A DNA stretch of 64,000 nucleotides from a virus (Duplodnaviria; Caudoviricetes). Positions 1 through 9,484 of this stretch are shown here, piece after piece. The stretch spans positions 32,001 through 96,000 of the IMG/VR virus record IMGVR_UViG_3300033074_001783; one strand, given 5' to 3'. A model generated the notes under the pieces. That model saw only the letters and a list, made by a program, of their open reading frames with translations, was not told the origin of the DNA and did not search any database. Each line of letters opens with the position of its first letter. Position 1 is the stretch's first letter. The translations under genes were made by a program, and so were the position numbers.

Positions 1-2216
1 CTATAAGACGACACGGCGTTGTTGTCTATCCCTATTCCGCCGTAGTTTACACCTGTGGTTGCGCCGGGAGAAGTGTAACTTGCGTGAGCACAACCGTATC
101 CAGCAGAACTAGATTCAGTTGAAGTAGCACGGTCATTAAATCTTGCAGCAGACTTGTCAAATATGTTGTAACCATTCCATCCACCGAACAATGGCACAGT
201 GAATTTCGCGTAGTCAGAAAAACGGTTAAAATTTGCCATCTGAGATGTGTTGGTGTAACCGCCGTAAGCCGCAAGAGAAGCAAGTGTTAATCTATCACCC
301 CAAACACCATCTGTTATGGTGTAAGAAGAAGGATTTACAACTCCGTTACGAATATAAGCGGCTTCCTTCATGTGTTGTTCCGCTGAACCTGTGAGGTTCG
401 CAAAACTTGTTGTTGACAGAGCCACTCTGGCCAACGTAAATTTGTTGTCGTTAAAACTGTCGGCAAAAGAGCCTGTTACCAACACATCCAATTTTTCTAT
501 ACCGAGAAATTTTGTGTAGGCAGATACCAATGGGTTTGGTTCGTTTGCAACGTTTGGATTTCCGATGTTGGAAATCCTTTCGTACTTCACGCCCCAAAAC
601 AGTCTTGAATCTACTATTTCTCCTGCGCCGGGATGTCCCGTAAACGAAGGTGATGTATTAACCTCTCCTCTTGTAACTTTGAAACGATAAGGCAGAGGAG
701 GCACAATGGAACCTAATACCGCCTTGGCTCCTGTCAAAAATGATCCTGACACGCCGAGTCTAGCTGGTATTGCTGCAACGTTTGTGTCGGTCAAAGAGGT
801 GTTCGTGTTCAACACGTTCACTCCTCTGTTTCCGAATGGAAGACAGGGTGCAGGTACTTGTTTTCTTTCAACCGCATCTGTCATTTCAATACGGATAAAC
901 TTGGATTTATTTGGATACTTGCCTGTAGCAACAAGCCTGCGATCATCTTCGTTGTCCACATCAAAATTGTAGTAAACTTTTTTATCACCAATAATTTTAG
1001 CAATGTAATTGTCAGAATTTGGATCAATGGACAGGTTCGTAAACTGCTCAAGAACAATTGGGTCAAAATCCGTGTCGGAAAAATCTCTGACAATCAAAGA
1101 AAATGTTCCGTATTGGTTTTGTGGATCTGTGTTCAGTTTCAAAGAAGAAATACCAATTTTGTATTTTCCGTTTGCCGCTTCCCCATCATCTATCGCTTCT
1201 ACTCTAAAAAGATCATACTCCACTCCACCAAAGGGTTGAGAAATAAACATTGGTGTTTTTGGGGTAGTGAAACGTGTATCAAAACGACCATATGCATCTC
1301 TCATTGTGAGAGAACCAAGGCCGGAAGTGGCAGAAGTTAAACTTGTTCCAGACAAGATCAACACGGCATTCGCGTCTGGGATTGCACCTGACGCAACGGA
1401 GGCTATTTCGTTGTCAACCGCGAAATCAGCATAAAGCAAATGCTTTTCAACAGAAAAACGTTCTGGATCTGTGTTCAAAATTTTACCAACATAATCTGTG
1501 CTGTTGGGGTTCAGCGACGCGGTGTAGATCTTGACTCCAGCGAATCCATCTGTTGTGGCAAACGTGCTACCAGCCGAAGAAGACAAAACCAATTTGAATT
1601 TTCTGTAGGTTGCATTGGTTGATGTGTCGTCAATGGATGCACCATCGTCCACAAGCGGACCGAAAGTCTCGTTTGTGTCCAACACCATAAAGCGTGCATC
1701 TGATGTTGTAAACAAAACTGCTCTTACAAGGTTTGCAACACTGCCAGCCAATGAATAACTTGAGTTGTCGGTAAACATTGGATAGCAAAACGCTTCTGAT
1801 GCGCTAACAATGTGACGTGCTGCCAAAAACTGCACTGCGCCTGCGTGTCTGCCATCCGGCAAACCAACAACCGAACCAGTTACTTGCATACCAGCGTTGC
1901 GCACGGTGCCAGCAAGACGTGTTGTTTCCATGTGAGCGCTCGTGCGGTTGGCTCCTGCGCCAAGAACACGCAAAAATGTCACCGCACGGCCTCTGTCAAG
2001 AATTTGTTTGGCGGCGTAACCGACGGGATATTTTGGATCAAGATTTCCATTTGACTCAATGAAATCTTCTGTGGAACCAAATGTCATGGGAACAAATGCA
2101 CGACCTTTTTCTGAAGGTCCCACAAGTGCGTAAGGAATTCCTGTTGGCGTAACAACGCGACCTGAGAGATCTATCTCACGATCGTAGTACCCCGGTGATA
2201 TTGAATTTTGAGTCAT
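1..2216 (-). CDS. Tail sheath protein (T4 gp18-like), partial; runs off the left edge
   Basis: Missing from the ORF track, presumably because no stop lies in the window. Hand translation from ATG 2216 gives MTQNSISPGYYDREIDLSG...GPSEKGRAFVP...TFLRVLG, the typical sheath N-terminus. The same frame reads ...GIDNNAVSSY at the window edge. GAGGTG RBS upstream. Confidence 0.88.
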   Translation of the reverse strand, partial: MTQNSISPGYYDREIDLSGRVVTPTGIPYALVGPSEKGRAFVPMTFGSTEDFIESNGNLDPKYPVGYAAKQILDRGRAVTFLRVLGAGANRTSAHMETTRLAGTVRNAGMQVTGSVVGLPDGRHAGAVQFLAARHIVSASEAFCYPMFTDNSSYSLAGSVANLVRAVLFTTSDARFMVLDTNETFGPLVDDGASIDDTSTNATYRKFKLVLSSSAGSTFATTDGFAGVKIYTASLNPNSTDYVGKILNTDPERFSVEKHLLYADFAVDNEIASVASGAIPDANAVLILSGTSLTSATSGLGSLTMRDAYGRFDTRFTTPKTPMFISQPFGGVEYDLFRVEAIDDGEAANGKYKIGISSLKLNTDPQNQYGTFSLIVRDFSDTDFDPIVLEQFTNLSIDPNSDNYIAKIIGDKKVYYNFDVDNEDDRRLVATGKYPNKSKFIRIEMTDAVERKQVPAPCLPFGNRGVNVLNTNTSLTDTNVAAIPARLGVSGSFLTGAKAVLGSIVPPLPYRFKVTRGEVNTSPSFTGHPGAGEIVDSRLFWGVKYERISNIGNPNVANEPNPLVSAYTKFLGIEKLDVLVTGSFADSFNDNKFTLARVALSTTSFANLTGSAEQHMKEAAYIRNGVVNPSSYTITDGVWGDRLTLASLAAYGGYTNTSQMANFNRFSDYAKFTVPLFGGWNGYNIFDKSAARFNDRATSTESSSAGYGCAHASYTSPGATTGVNYGGIGIDNNAVSSY

Positions 2217-2279
2217 CGTTTGCACCTCTTATTTTATCTGTCAGTAATAGTTAGCCGCTTCGCTTTGCGAATACCTTGG

Positions 2280-3467
2280 CTATCTTGATTTGTTTAATGA
2301 AAGCAAAAACGAATCAAGCGTTTCAATATCAGGAGCCGTATAAATTGTCTCCCCCTGCCTTCTTGGGGTGTTGATCAACTGAATATATTTAATTTGTTTT
2401 TCACCTGTGATTGGATCTGTTATTTCTTTTGCGATACTTCGTTCACTCAAACTGGTGGGTCGTTGTTTTGTTTCTTCGTCCGGTTGTATCTCTGTCAGAT
2501 CAAATGATTTTTTGGTTTTATTCAGTGATTTTTCATTTTGTACATCTGCTCCTTCAAAAACATCAAAAGATATTTGTGGCGCAGAAATATAACTTTTAAC
2601 TGCATGTGCTGTACCGGGAGCGTCTGTTGCAATAATGTAAGCTTTGACTTTTAAAGTAAAAGTGTAACGAACAATTCTTTTGTCTTCTGTATAGTCTTCT
2701 TCGTTACCATCGTTGTTGAAAGTTTCGTCAACATCTGCGATAAACCAATATCCTTTTTCAGTTGTAACAACAAATCCGCGCCTTTGTGGCAAAAAGTTGG
2801 CAAACATTGTTTCAATCATGTAGTTCATGTGACGACGATGCAAAGTCCAAAAAACTATTTCATAATTTGCCGTATAGTATTGTGGAGAAGGAATGGTGAT
2901 TATCTCAAAAATGTTGTTTGCTATGTCTGGTTGTAACAACATGCCTTGTCTTGCAGCCAAAGAAGGTAAATCATTTTCTCTCCTTGAGTTATCGCCATCG
3001 CTTGTGTTGACAAGAGAAAACTTGTTAAGAAAATTTTGATATTTTTTGTCTTTGGAATTCAAACGTCTCTTAACCACAATGTTGCCAGTCATTTGGTTAA
3101 TCCCTCTTCCAGTTATATCTTCGTCCGTTTGCTCTATGCCTGTTCTACGAATTGCAATTGCAGGAAGAACCAAAGCACCGTTTGTGTCTTTTATTGGTCT
3201 CAAACGTTTTACAGAGGCAAATCTTTCCCCTCCAGCAAATACAACAAATGGTTTGTTTAACTGTAGAAAACTCTGTTTGCCTTTTATTTCTCTGGGTGTG
3301 TAGCCGATTTCTTTTTCAAACAGATTAAACACAGCTTCGTCAACATCAGTCAGATCACAAGAAGGAACGTGGTAATCACTTACCAAGCCTTCTGTGTTGC
3401 CATATCCCGTTGGCATGTGGGATTGAGTTGAGGTTGGATCTTGTTGGATGGTTTGTCGTGTAGTCAC
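2280..3467 (-). CDS. Tail terminator / sheath stabilizer (T4 gp15-like)
   Basis: 395 aa; LPAIAIRRTGIE and YEIVFWT...MNYMIE...F motifs; lies immediately upstream of the sheath gene; GTG start 6 nt after CTAGTTA. Confidence 0.65.
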   Translation of the reverse strand: MTTRQTIQQDPTSTQSHMPTGYGNTEGLVSDYHVPSCDLTDVDEAVFNLFEKEIGYTPREIKGKQSFLQLNKPFVVFAGGERFASVKRLRPIKDTNGALVLPAIAIRRTGIEQTDEDITGRGINQMTGNIVVKRRLNSKDKKYQNFLNKFSLVNTSDGDNSRRENDLPSLAARQGMLLQPDIANNIFEIITIPSPQYYTANYEIVFWTLHRRHMNYMIETMFANFLPQRRGFVVTTEKGYWFIADVDETFNNDGNEEDYTEDKRIVRYTFTLKVKAYIIATDAPGTAHAVKSYISAPQISFDVFEGADVQNEKSLNKTKKSFDLTEIQPDEETKQRPTSLSERSIAKEITDPITGEKQIKYIQLINTPRRQGETIYTAPDIETLDSFLLSLNKSR

Positions 3468-3476
3468 AACAAGTAA

Positions 3477-4265
3477 CTAGCCATTTACAAAATGGTCGTG
3501 GATCGCTTTCAACCAATCCGCAGATTGTGGATTTAGTTCAGCTTGAAGAAGATAACCAGATAGAACAGAAAGTAAAATACGAATTGCAGGATAAATGTTG
3601 GCAACCAAAACCATTTTATAAAACAAGCTTTCACACTTCGTTCGCGCGTTGTCCTTGTTGCCAAGATAATCTTGATCCCCAAGAAAAGTTTTGCTTGATT
3701 GGAATCCATGATCCCACAAAGTCTTGTAGATTGACAAAGAAACCACGTCAGTTGGAATCCATGAAACAGCTTTGTTGTTTACAGTTTTCAAAACAGAACA
3801 AGCTAAATTTATTGCATGTTCTAGTTGCACTGCTTTAAAATTGATTGCGATTGGTTTGAATAGTTCAAGTTTTTTATCTAGGTTTTGGGCGGCTCCAAGA
3901 GAAAAACTTGCAACAGTTGGAAACGTTAAAGACTCTTGCTGAAAAGCAACTGCTGTTTGTTTTCTGGCAAACTCTTGGTACTCGGTTAGAGCAGCTTTGG
4001 ACAAAGACACGAGATTGAAAGAGTCCAAATAGGATTGATCAAAAGATATTTTTTCTTTTGTTTTTGTTTCAACCGTTTGTTTTATTTCTTGAACCAACTC
4101 CAGTCTCACGCCAAGTCGGTCATAAAGATTGTTTACTTTGTTAGCAATCAATCTAGCATAGGTTGAAGATTGAAGTTCCGTGGGAGGTGCTTCCCCATAA
4201 TTCAAAACGCTGTAGATATCTTCTTGCAAAGTTTTGTGTACAAGTTTTTCAATGAGTTTTTGCAT
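3477..4265 (-). CDS. Hypothetical protein with LxE leader (candidate internal head protein)
   Basis: Likely start ATG 4265, just after the upstream stop; N-terminus MQKLIEKLVHKTLQE-D. Confidence 0.6.
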   Translation of the reverse strand: MQKLIEKLVHKTLQEDIYSVLNYGEAPPTELQSSTYARLIANKVNNLYDRLGVRLELVQEIKQTVETKTKEKISFDQSYLDSFNLVSLSKAALTEYQEFARKQTAVAFQQESLTFPTVASFSLGAAQNLDKKLELFKPIAINFKAVQLEHAINLACSVLKTVNNKAVSWIPTDVVSLSIYKTLWDHGFQSSKTFLGDQDYLGNKDNARTKCESLFYKMVLVANIYPAIRILLSVLSGYLLQAELNPQSADWLKAIHDHFVNG

Positions 4266-4266
4266 T

Positions 4267-4980
4267 TCAGCCACCACCAAATTTTTCTGGATAAAATTGT
4301 TTGAGGACATTTAGCGTTGTCCCATGATCCAACAACACCACTCGTCCGTCTGCCGTTTTACCCCAATGTTTGATCACCATTACATCCAAAGGAGCAAAAC
4401 TTTCGTCTCCCGAATGAATGGCTTTCATGAATTCTTGAAACGCATTCCATTGTTGGAATTTTTTCATTTCTGCGAAGACTTGCTTAAACCTTTGACTCTT
4501 GGCGACCACCTGTTGAAAAGAAAGTTGATTCTGTACAGTTTCTATTACCACACTTTTCAAAACACCAAACATAAACCCAGAAACGTGTGCGAATTGGCTT
4601 TCATCTGTGAATTGACCAACCAACTCTTCTGTGATCCAAGAGCCATCTTCTGCTGTTTCAAATACTTTTGTTACCAAATTGGGATAAAGAGAAGCATGTT
4701 TTTGTTCTGTTTTGTTTTGTGCTATACCGGCCTGCAAATTATTCACTTTGGCCAGTTTCAAAACTTTGGTACTTGACAAAAGAAACACAACCCTTGAAGT
4801 TCCATCTTGTTCGTTTGAAATCATTTTAAGTGACTTCTTGGCATAGTCGTATTTCTCTTGTTGAGTTGGCAATGATTTAAAAATGTTCCATTGAAACGTT
4901 TCGGATCTTATCTTCTCTTTTAAAACTGATTGAAATTCTTCTTGGATAATGGTTTCAATCAAAAACTCAATCATTGACAT
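4267..4980 (-). CDS. Protein kinase-like protein with LxE leader
   Basis: Motifs in kinase order: GTSRVVF (Gly loop), VLK (beta3 Lys), QNKTE (alphaC Glu), DVMVIKHWG (catalytic loop), VLLDHG (DFG equivalent). Confidence 0.7.
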   Translation of the reverse strand: MSMIEFLIETIIQEEFQSVLKEKIRSETFQWNIFKSLPTQQEKYDYAKKSLKMISNEQDGTSRVVFLLSSTKVLKLAKVNNLQAGIAQNKTEQKHASLYPNLVTKVFETAEDGSWITEELVGQFTDESQFAHVSGFMFGVLKSVVIETVQNQLSFQQVVAKSQRFKQVFAEMKKFQQWNAFQEFMKAIHSGDESFAPLDVMVIKHWGKTADGRVVLLDHGTTLNVLKQFYPEKFGGG

Positions 4981-4997
4981 GTGGTTAAATAGTTCTT

Positions 4998-5675
4998 TCA
5001 GTCGTCGTAACTGAATCTATTGCCTTTACCAGATTCATCAGGTACAAAATGAACCGGCTTTTCTCCCAAGGCTGGTGAAGCCATATCATCTCCAAGCCGC
5101 TCTCTCATTTGCCTTACATCGCCAGTTGGCATGTGTTTGGAATTTTCTGGGAGTCCTCTTTGCTGTTCAAAGTCAATTTCAACACCCGTCTCTTTAGTGC
5201 CATCGTCTTTTGTTGGATTGTAAACTTTGGCTGGATCAAACTCTCCAACGCGGGCAAGTTTACCAATTAGTTTGTAAGCGCTTTCGTACTCCTCTAGCCC
5301 AAAAATATTGTTCATGTTCAAATAAGACACGACTTCAAACACCGCGTCCCCATAGGTAAAGTAATCTCCTTCATTCAGATTCAAACCTTTATCCAATAAA
5401 TCACGAGCTTGGACCAATATTTCTACTTTTGCAGTTGCCTCTCTTCCAAAAATGTTTTGTTTTGTTTCCCAATTTGGCTGTCCTGCCATAACGCTCAAAG
5501 CCACAGGGTTTTCAAACATTTTGTTAACAGCTTCGCCGTACACAGGATCAACCTTGGTGTGTTTGACAGAAATGGCATAATAAAAAATCCTTTGACCTAT
5601 CACGTCTTTTACCAACTCCTTCACCGTGTCGTTGATAAACTGTATTTCCTTTGTGCCTACGAATAATCTTCCCAT
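4998..5675 (-). CDS. Neck / head-closure protein (T4 gp14-like)
   Basis: IGQRIFYY...DPVYGE...F...GD motifs; located between gp13-like and gp15-like genes. Confidence 0.65.
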   Translation of the reverse strand: MGRLFVGTKEIQFINDTVKELVKDVIGQRIFYYAISVKHTKVDPVYGEAVNKMFENPVALSVMAGQPNWETKQNIFGREATAKVEILVQARDLLDKGLNLNEGDYFTYGDAVFEVVSYLNMNNIFGLEEYESAYKLIGKLARVGEFDPAKVYNPTKDDGTKETGVEIDFEQQRGLPENSKHMPTGDVRQMRERLGDDMASPALGEKPVHFVPDESGKGNRFSYDD

Positions 5676-6382
5676 TACAACACCTGTAGGATGGCTTGTG
5701 TCATAGTTTCAACATTTCCATCATTTATTTCATTAGAGGCGCACCATATTACTCTTCTTAGTTTAATTGTCCCAACTGAGATGATCTCTTTCTCTGATTC
5801 AGCGTAGTGCCTTAGTTCTGGTATTTCAGCAATGCCAGCAGGATTCAAAATGAATTTACCTTGGTTGTCTCCTGTTGCAGCAACAAGTAGACAGGCAAAT
5901 TTGCCTTGGTCTACATCCAAAAAACCGCCAGAGTTAAGTGCTTTGGCAAGGTTGACAAGCTTTTCTTTGTCTCCCCACAAAGTCCAAGAGGCATGGGGTC
6001 TTCCTTTGGGGGTAAAAGTGCCAGATTGGGATTGTTCTACATGTTCAAGCGAGAACATACTTTGTCCAGTTATTGTTGACATAACATTTTCATCAACACC
6101 AAACAAAAATCTATACGCGTAAGCATTTGGTGATTTTAAGATGTCTTGGTATTCCCCGCGATTAGCCAAAGCAGCCAAGGATGGGGCATTCATGCCCAAA
6201 GCATCCATATCCCCTATGTGATGTTGTTTTACAACATTGTAAAGGTTTTTTTCAGGTGCGGTATCAACTTCTGGTTTCTTTGGATCTGGTTTTCCTCTTT
6301 CTTGACCAAACAGCACTTGCCCATATGGTCCTTCTTGAAGAACCCCCATAACCATGTTTTCAATCAGTAAATTCAACTTCAT
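5675..6382 (-). CDS. R-S-E clade ADP-ribosyltransferase-like protein with LxE leader
   Basis: AYR (Arg), ASWT (Ser motif) and ESEKEII (ExE) occur in canonical order; leader MKLNLLIENMVMGVLQE-G. Confidence 0.55.
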   Translation of the reverse strand: MKLNLLIENMVMGVLQEGPYGQVLFGQERGKPDPKKPEVDTAPEKNLYNVVKQHHIGDMDALGMNAPSLAALANRGEYQDILKSPNAYAYRFLFGVDENVMSTITGQSMFSLEHVEQSQSGTFTPKGRPHASWTLWGDKEKLVNLAKALNSGGFLDVDQGKFACLLVAATGDNQGKFILNPAGIAEIPELRHYAESEKEIISVGTIKLRRVIWCASNEINDGNVETMTQAILQVL

Positions 6383-6395
6383 TTCAAGTCTTTTC

Positions 6396-6421
6396 TTCTC
6401 TCCTATTGGTTAGGTTCCACT
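6396..6421. repeat. Dispersed repeat copy 1 (TTCTCTCCTATTGGTTAGGTTCCACT)
   Basis: 26 bp identical to 19988-20013; 21-bp core inverted at 37076-37096. Confidence 0.9.
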
Positions 6422-6431
6422 GACACTCATG

Positions 6432-7322
6432 TCAGTTGTGATCAAGCATTTTGGTCCAACCTTTATATGACCATCTTTGACCTTCAATAACTTGCTGCAA
6501 CTTCCAAGCATCCAAGGCTTGTTCTTCTGAAAATGCTCTCAGGTTGTAAATATTGCGATACAATATACCTGCGGGAGATAACAGGTTCGCTTTTAAAAAC
6601 ATCTTTGATTTTGAAGTTGTTTTGCCGGTGTAATCCAACACTTGTTGGACGCTTGGAATTCTGGCTTCCAGTTTTCGTCTGCGAGTTGTTGCGGTTTTAC
6701 GGTGTGCCAATGGATCAGTACCACCAGTGAGCGTCTGTTTGATTTTTGCTCGCTCTTCTTCGGACATGGAAGCCCAACGACGTTTCCTACATTCTGACAT
6801 TGCCTGTTGGTGTTCTGGTGTTGCCCAAAGAGCCAGGAATTTTTCGCTGGCACGTTTTCGTGCCTCTTCTGTGCCTTGGGCGTCTTTTTGTGCCATAGAA
6901 CGTTTGTTTTTTTGAATTGGATCTGCCCAACTATCTTTGGCAGCTTTGGAACATTTTTGTTGGGTTTCTTCTGGTGTTGAAGAACGATAACCTTCTCTGC
7001 TGATAGCTTCTTTGCGCAAGTTATAACACCGCTGTTGGTTGTCATAATGTTGATCCAAGTAAAGCTGTTCTCGTGCCAAACGTTCTTCTTTGGTTCCTTC
7101 TGTAACTTCCAATATCTCAAACACAAACGCATCTGTTCCACATTTGTTGAAATCATTCAACAAGAAACGATTGCTGTGTTTGTTCATTTCCAATGATTTT
7201 GAATGTTGTTTCCAGCGAGTTTTAAATTCTTTGCAAGATCCAACGTAAATCCTGCCGTTGGTTGTATTGGTGAGTTTGTAGACGCCTGATTTGAGAGAGC
7301 TTCCATCGTAATTGAATTGCAT
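6432..7322 (-). mobile_element. Free-standing GIY-YIG homing endonuclease (Seg-like)
   Basis: SGVYKLTNTTNGRIYVGS...RW..H...F.FEILE...REQ.YLD...YN; basic helical DNA-binding region and C-terminal YKGW; likely start ATG 7322. Confidence 0.88.
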
Positions 7323-7356
7323 GAAAAGAAGTATGTTATGAGAGGGGACGTTTGTC

Positions 7357-8628
7357 TTATCGCATTGATATGGCAATTTGAGGTGGCATTGGCACGTACG
7401 AAAGTTGCTTTACCATCTGTTCCGCTCGGCTGGCTTCTTGTTCTGCAAGTTTGTCATAAGTCAAACTTTCAAGTTTTTCTTTCAAACCTGTCATTAGTTT
7501 TTCTTTGTCTTCACGGGCTTGGCTTACGAGATCATCTCCGTTTAGTTGTATTTCTTTATCGCCAGCAGGAATACCTTTGAATTTACCTCTGATGTTGCCG
7601 AGTAATTCTTTGGATAGAGCCAAGGTATATTGCGCAATCCAATTCCTTGCCCAAGGATTTAATGATTTATAGTCAAGTGTTCCAAATGGTATGTTGGCAG
7701 GATTGGAAGCTCCATAAATTGAATCATCTGTAAAAGAAGATCCATGACCAGAAGCGGAACCCATTGTTCCACTTGCAACAAGAGTGTCTGCTAAAGATGG
7801 CAGAGCTTGTTGTTTGTAACCAACTCTTATCCAAAGTTTATCATTTACTCCTGAAATAATACTTGTTGGAATCGGAAAAACCCGAATGTTTCTACCTGAA
7901 ATTTTGTAGCTGTAATGAGACCTTCTAACTTTTTGGCTCATTTTCAGTTCGCCACCCCTTAAAATGTCTTCAAACACTGGCAACACCTGCAAATGAACCC
8001 CTGCGCCCGCCGCAGCAGAAGCACCCAAACCAACCAATTCTGAGTTTTGCATACCGGCCGTTACCTTACCAGAGAACAGGTAGTTGATGGGTGCAATCTG
8101 AAATACTTCGTAAATTTGCAGTTTCCCTTTTGAGCCCAAGGGTTGTAGATCATACAAAGCGTTACCGCTTCCATCTTTAAGGTCTGTGTAAAGGTTGTAA
8201 TCTTGTTGACCTTGCACCAAGGAAATAGAACCAGAATATGAGTCTTGCACCCCACCAAGACCAATGAATCCAGCATATGCTTCACTCATTCTGTCAAGGA
8301 ATTCAAGATTTTGACGAACGTACATGTTCGTCAAGTTCATGTTGGACGGGTTTAGAGGATTGGTAGTATCAATTGAACCAGTAGTAATTCCAAGCAAAGA
8401 AGCAAGATTGGATTTGGCTTGATATTCAATGATCTGCCCTTGAAACTCTCTTGTAGATGATTCAAAAAAGTTCCAGATGATCTTCTTGGTCAGTTCTACT
8501 CCAAGGATATCTTCTCCCAAAGAACGAAGAACGAATGTAACCATTCTGTCGGCATCAAACTGGAAGATTGGGTCACTGTCCCAAAAACCCCAAGATGTAG
8601 GTCTCAGCGTTTCATTAAAATTTGCCAT
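7357..8628 (-). CDS. Neck / head-tail adaptor protein (T4 gp13-like)
   Basis: LG..ILGVEL at the N-terminus and WIAQYTLALSKELLGNIRGKF...LNGDDL at the C-terminus; true start ATG 8628 (MANFNE), 5 nt after CTAGTTA. Confidence 0.8.
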   Translation of the reverse strand: MANFNETLRPTSWGFWDSDPIFQFDADRMVTFVLRSLGEDILGVELTKKIIWNFFESSTREFQGQIIEYQAKSNLASLLGITTGSIDTTNPLNPSNMNLTNMYVRQNLEFLDRMSEAYAGFIGLGGVQDSYSGSISLVQGQQDYNLYTDLKDGSGNALYDLQPLGSKGKLQIYEVFQIAPINYLFSGKVTAGMQNSELVGLGASAAAGAGVHLQVLPVFEDILRGGELKMSQKVRRSHYSYKISGRNIRVFPIPTSIISGVNDKLWIRVGYKQQALPSLADTLVASGTMGSASGHGSSFTDDSIYGASNPANIPFGTLDYKSLNPWARNWIAQYTLALSKELLGNIRGKFKGIPAGDKEIQLNGDDLVSQAREDKEKLMTGLKEKLESLTYDKLAEQEASRAEQMVKQLSYVPMPPQIAISMR

Positions 8629-8746
8629 GTCCGTAACTAGACCTCTGGCAGATAACCTTACGACACGTAGGAGAATGTGCAGATTGTTGAATTGTTTGAG
8701 AAGAAGAGATTGATTAAGAACTGCGCAAATGAATCTGAAGATTCTC

Positions 8747-9478
8747 TCAGAAAGAGCATAAATCCAACACTTTAACATCCACCCAACAGGTTTCTGGATG
8801 ATCAGCCGTGTCAACCTTGATGATGTCGTTTGGTTGAGAAGGATCAAGCACAACTTGAAACCTGTCACAAAGCACACCGACAACTCCTCCTGTTTGTTCA
8901 ATGAACGGCTCACCCTTGACAAACACAGGACGATACTGCCTTGTGTGTTCAAGAATTGTTCTTGTGTCATAGTTCACAGTGATCCTGTTTTCACTGAATC
9001 TCATGGTCCGTTTGTGAATGAGGTTACCCGCGTTGAAGATAACTTCCACCAACGTTTCATACCAATCTTGAACAGTTCCTTCAAATGAAAGTCCTGTTTT
9101 CTCAAAACCAGTTTCTACGTCAACAAACTTGCCGGGTGCTCTTGACCAGAAACGTGTGCCAAGGAAACCTTCGGGCTCTTGAACAGGAGTTGCTTCATCG
9201 GAGTAATCAAACCCTTTGATCTCACATGACTGCCAAGGTATGTTTTTGTATTCTTCATATCTAGCTTGTAGTTCTTTGTCCAAACGAATATCATCTTTGT
9301 TGTTGTTTGGTACATCAGGGCACGATTGCAAAGGTTGTTCTTTGCACTCAACTCGTTTGAAGTTCTCGTCATACGCAAACAGTCGGTCAGGTTCTTTGCT
9401 CCAAACTGGCGTTGGATAGAAACTGATGGTTTCGGATTTTCGCCAAGGCCCTTCAATTATTGTCATGCCACACAGCAT
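8747..9478 (-). CDS. Protein carrying a diverged copy of the C-terminal (A-domain) segment of the major capsid protein
   Basis: FWSRAPGKFV, QDWYETLVEVI, IHKRTMR, TILEHT..YR and DP..P align collinearly with the MCP at 11070-13013; start at 9478 or 9466. Confidence 0.8.
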   Translation of the reverse strand: MLCGMTIIEGPWRKSETISFYPTPVWSKEPDRLFAYDENFKRVECKEQPLQSCPDVPNNNKDDIRLDKELQARYEEYKNIPWQSCEIKGFDYSDEATPVQEPEGFLGTRFWSRAPGKFVDVETGFEKTGLSFEGTVQDWYETLVEVIFNAGNLIHKRTMRFSENRITVNYDTRTILEHTRQYRPVFVKGEPFIEQTGGVVGVLCDRFQVVLDPSQPNDIIKVDTADHPETCWVDVKVLDLCSF

Positions 9479-9484
9479 AGTACA

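Noticed and set aside
8629-8970. N-terminal 114-aa extension of the neck ORF shown in the ORF track
   Set aside because: It overlaps the MCP-fragment gene and does not look protein-like; ATG 8628 follows the CTAGTTA motif
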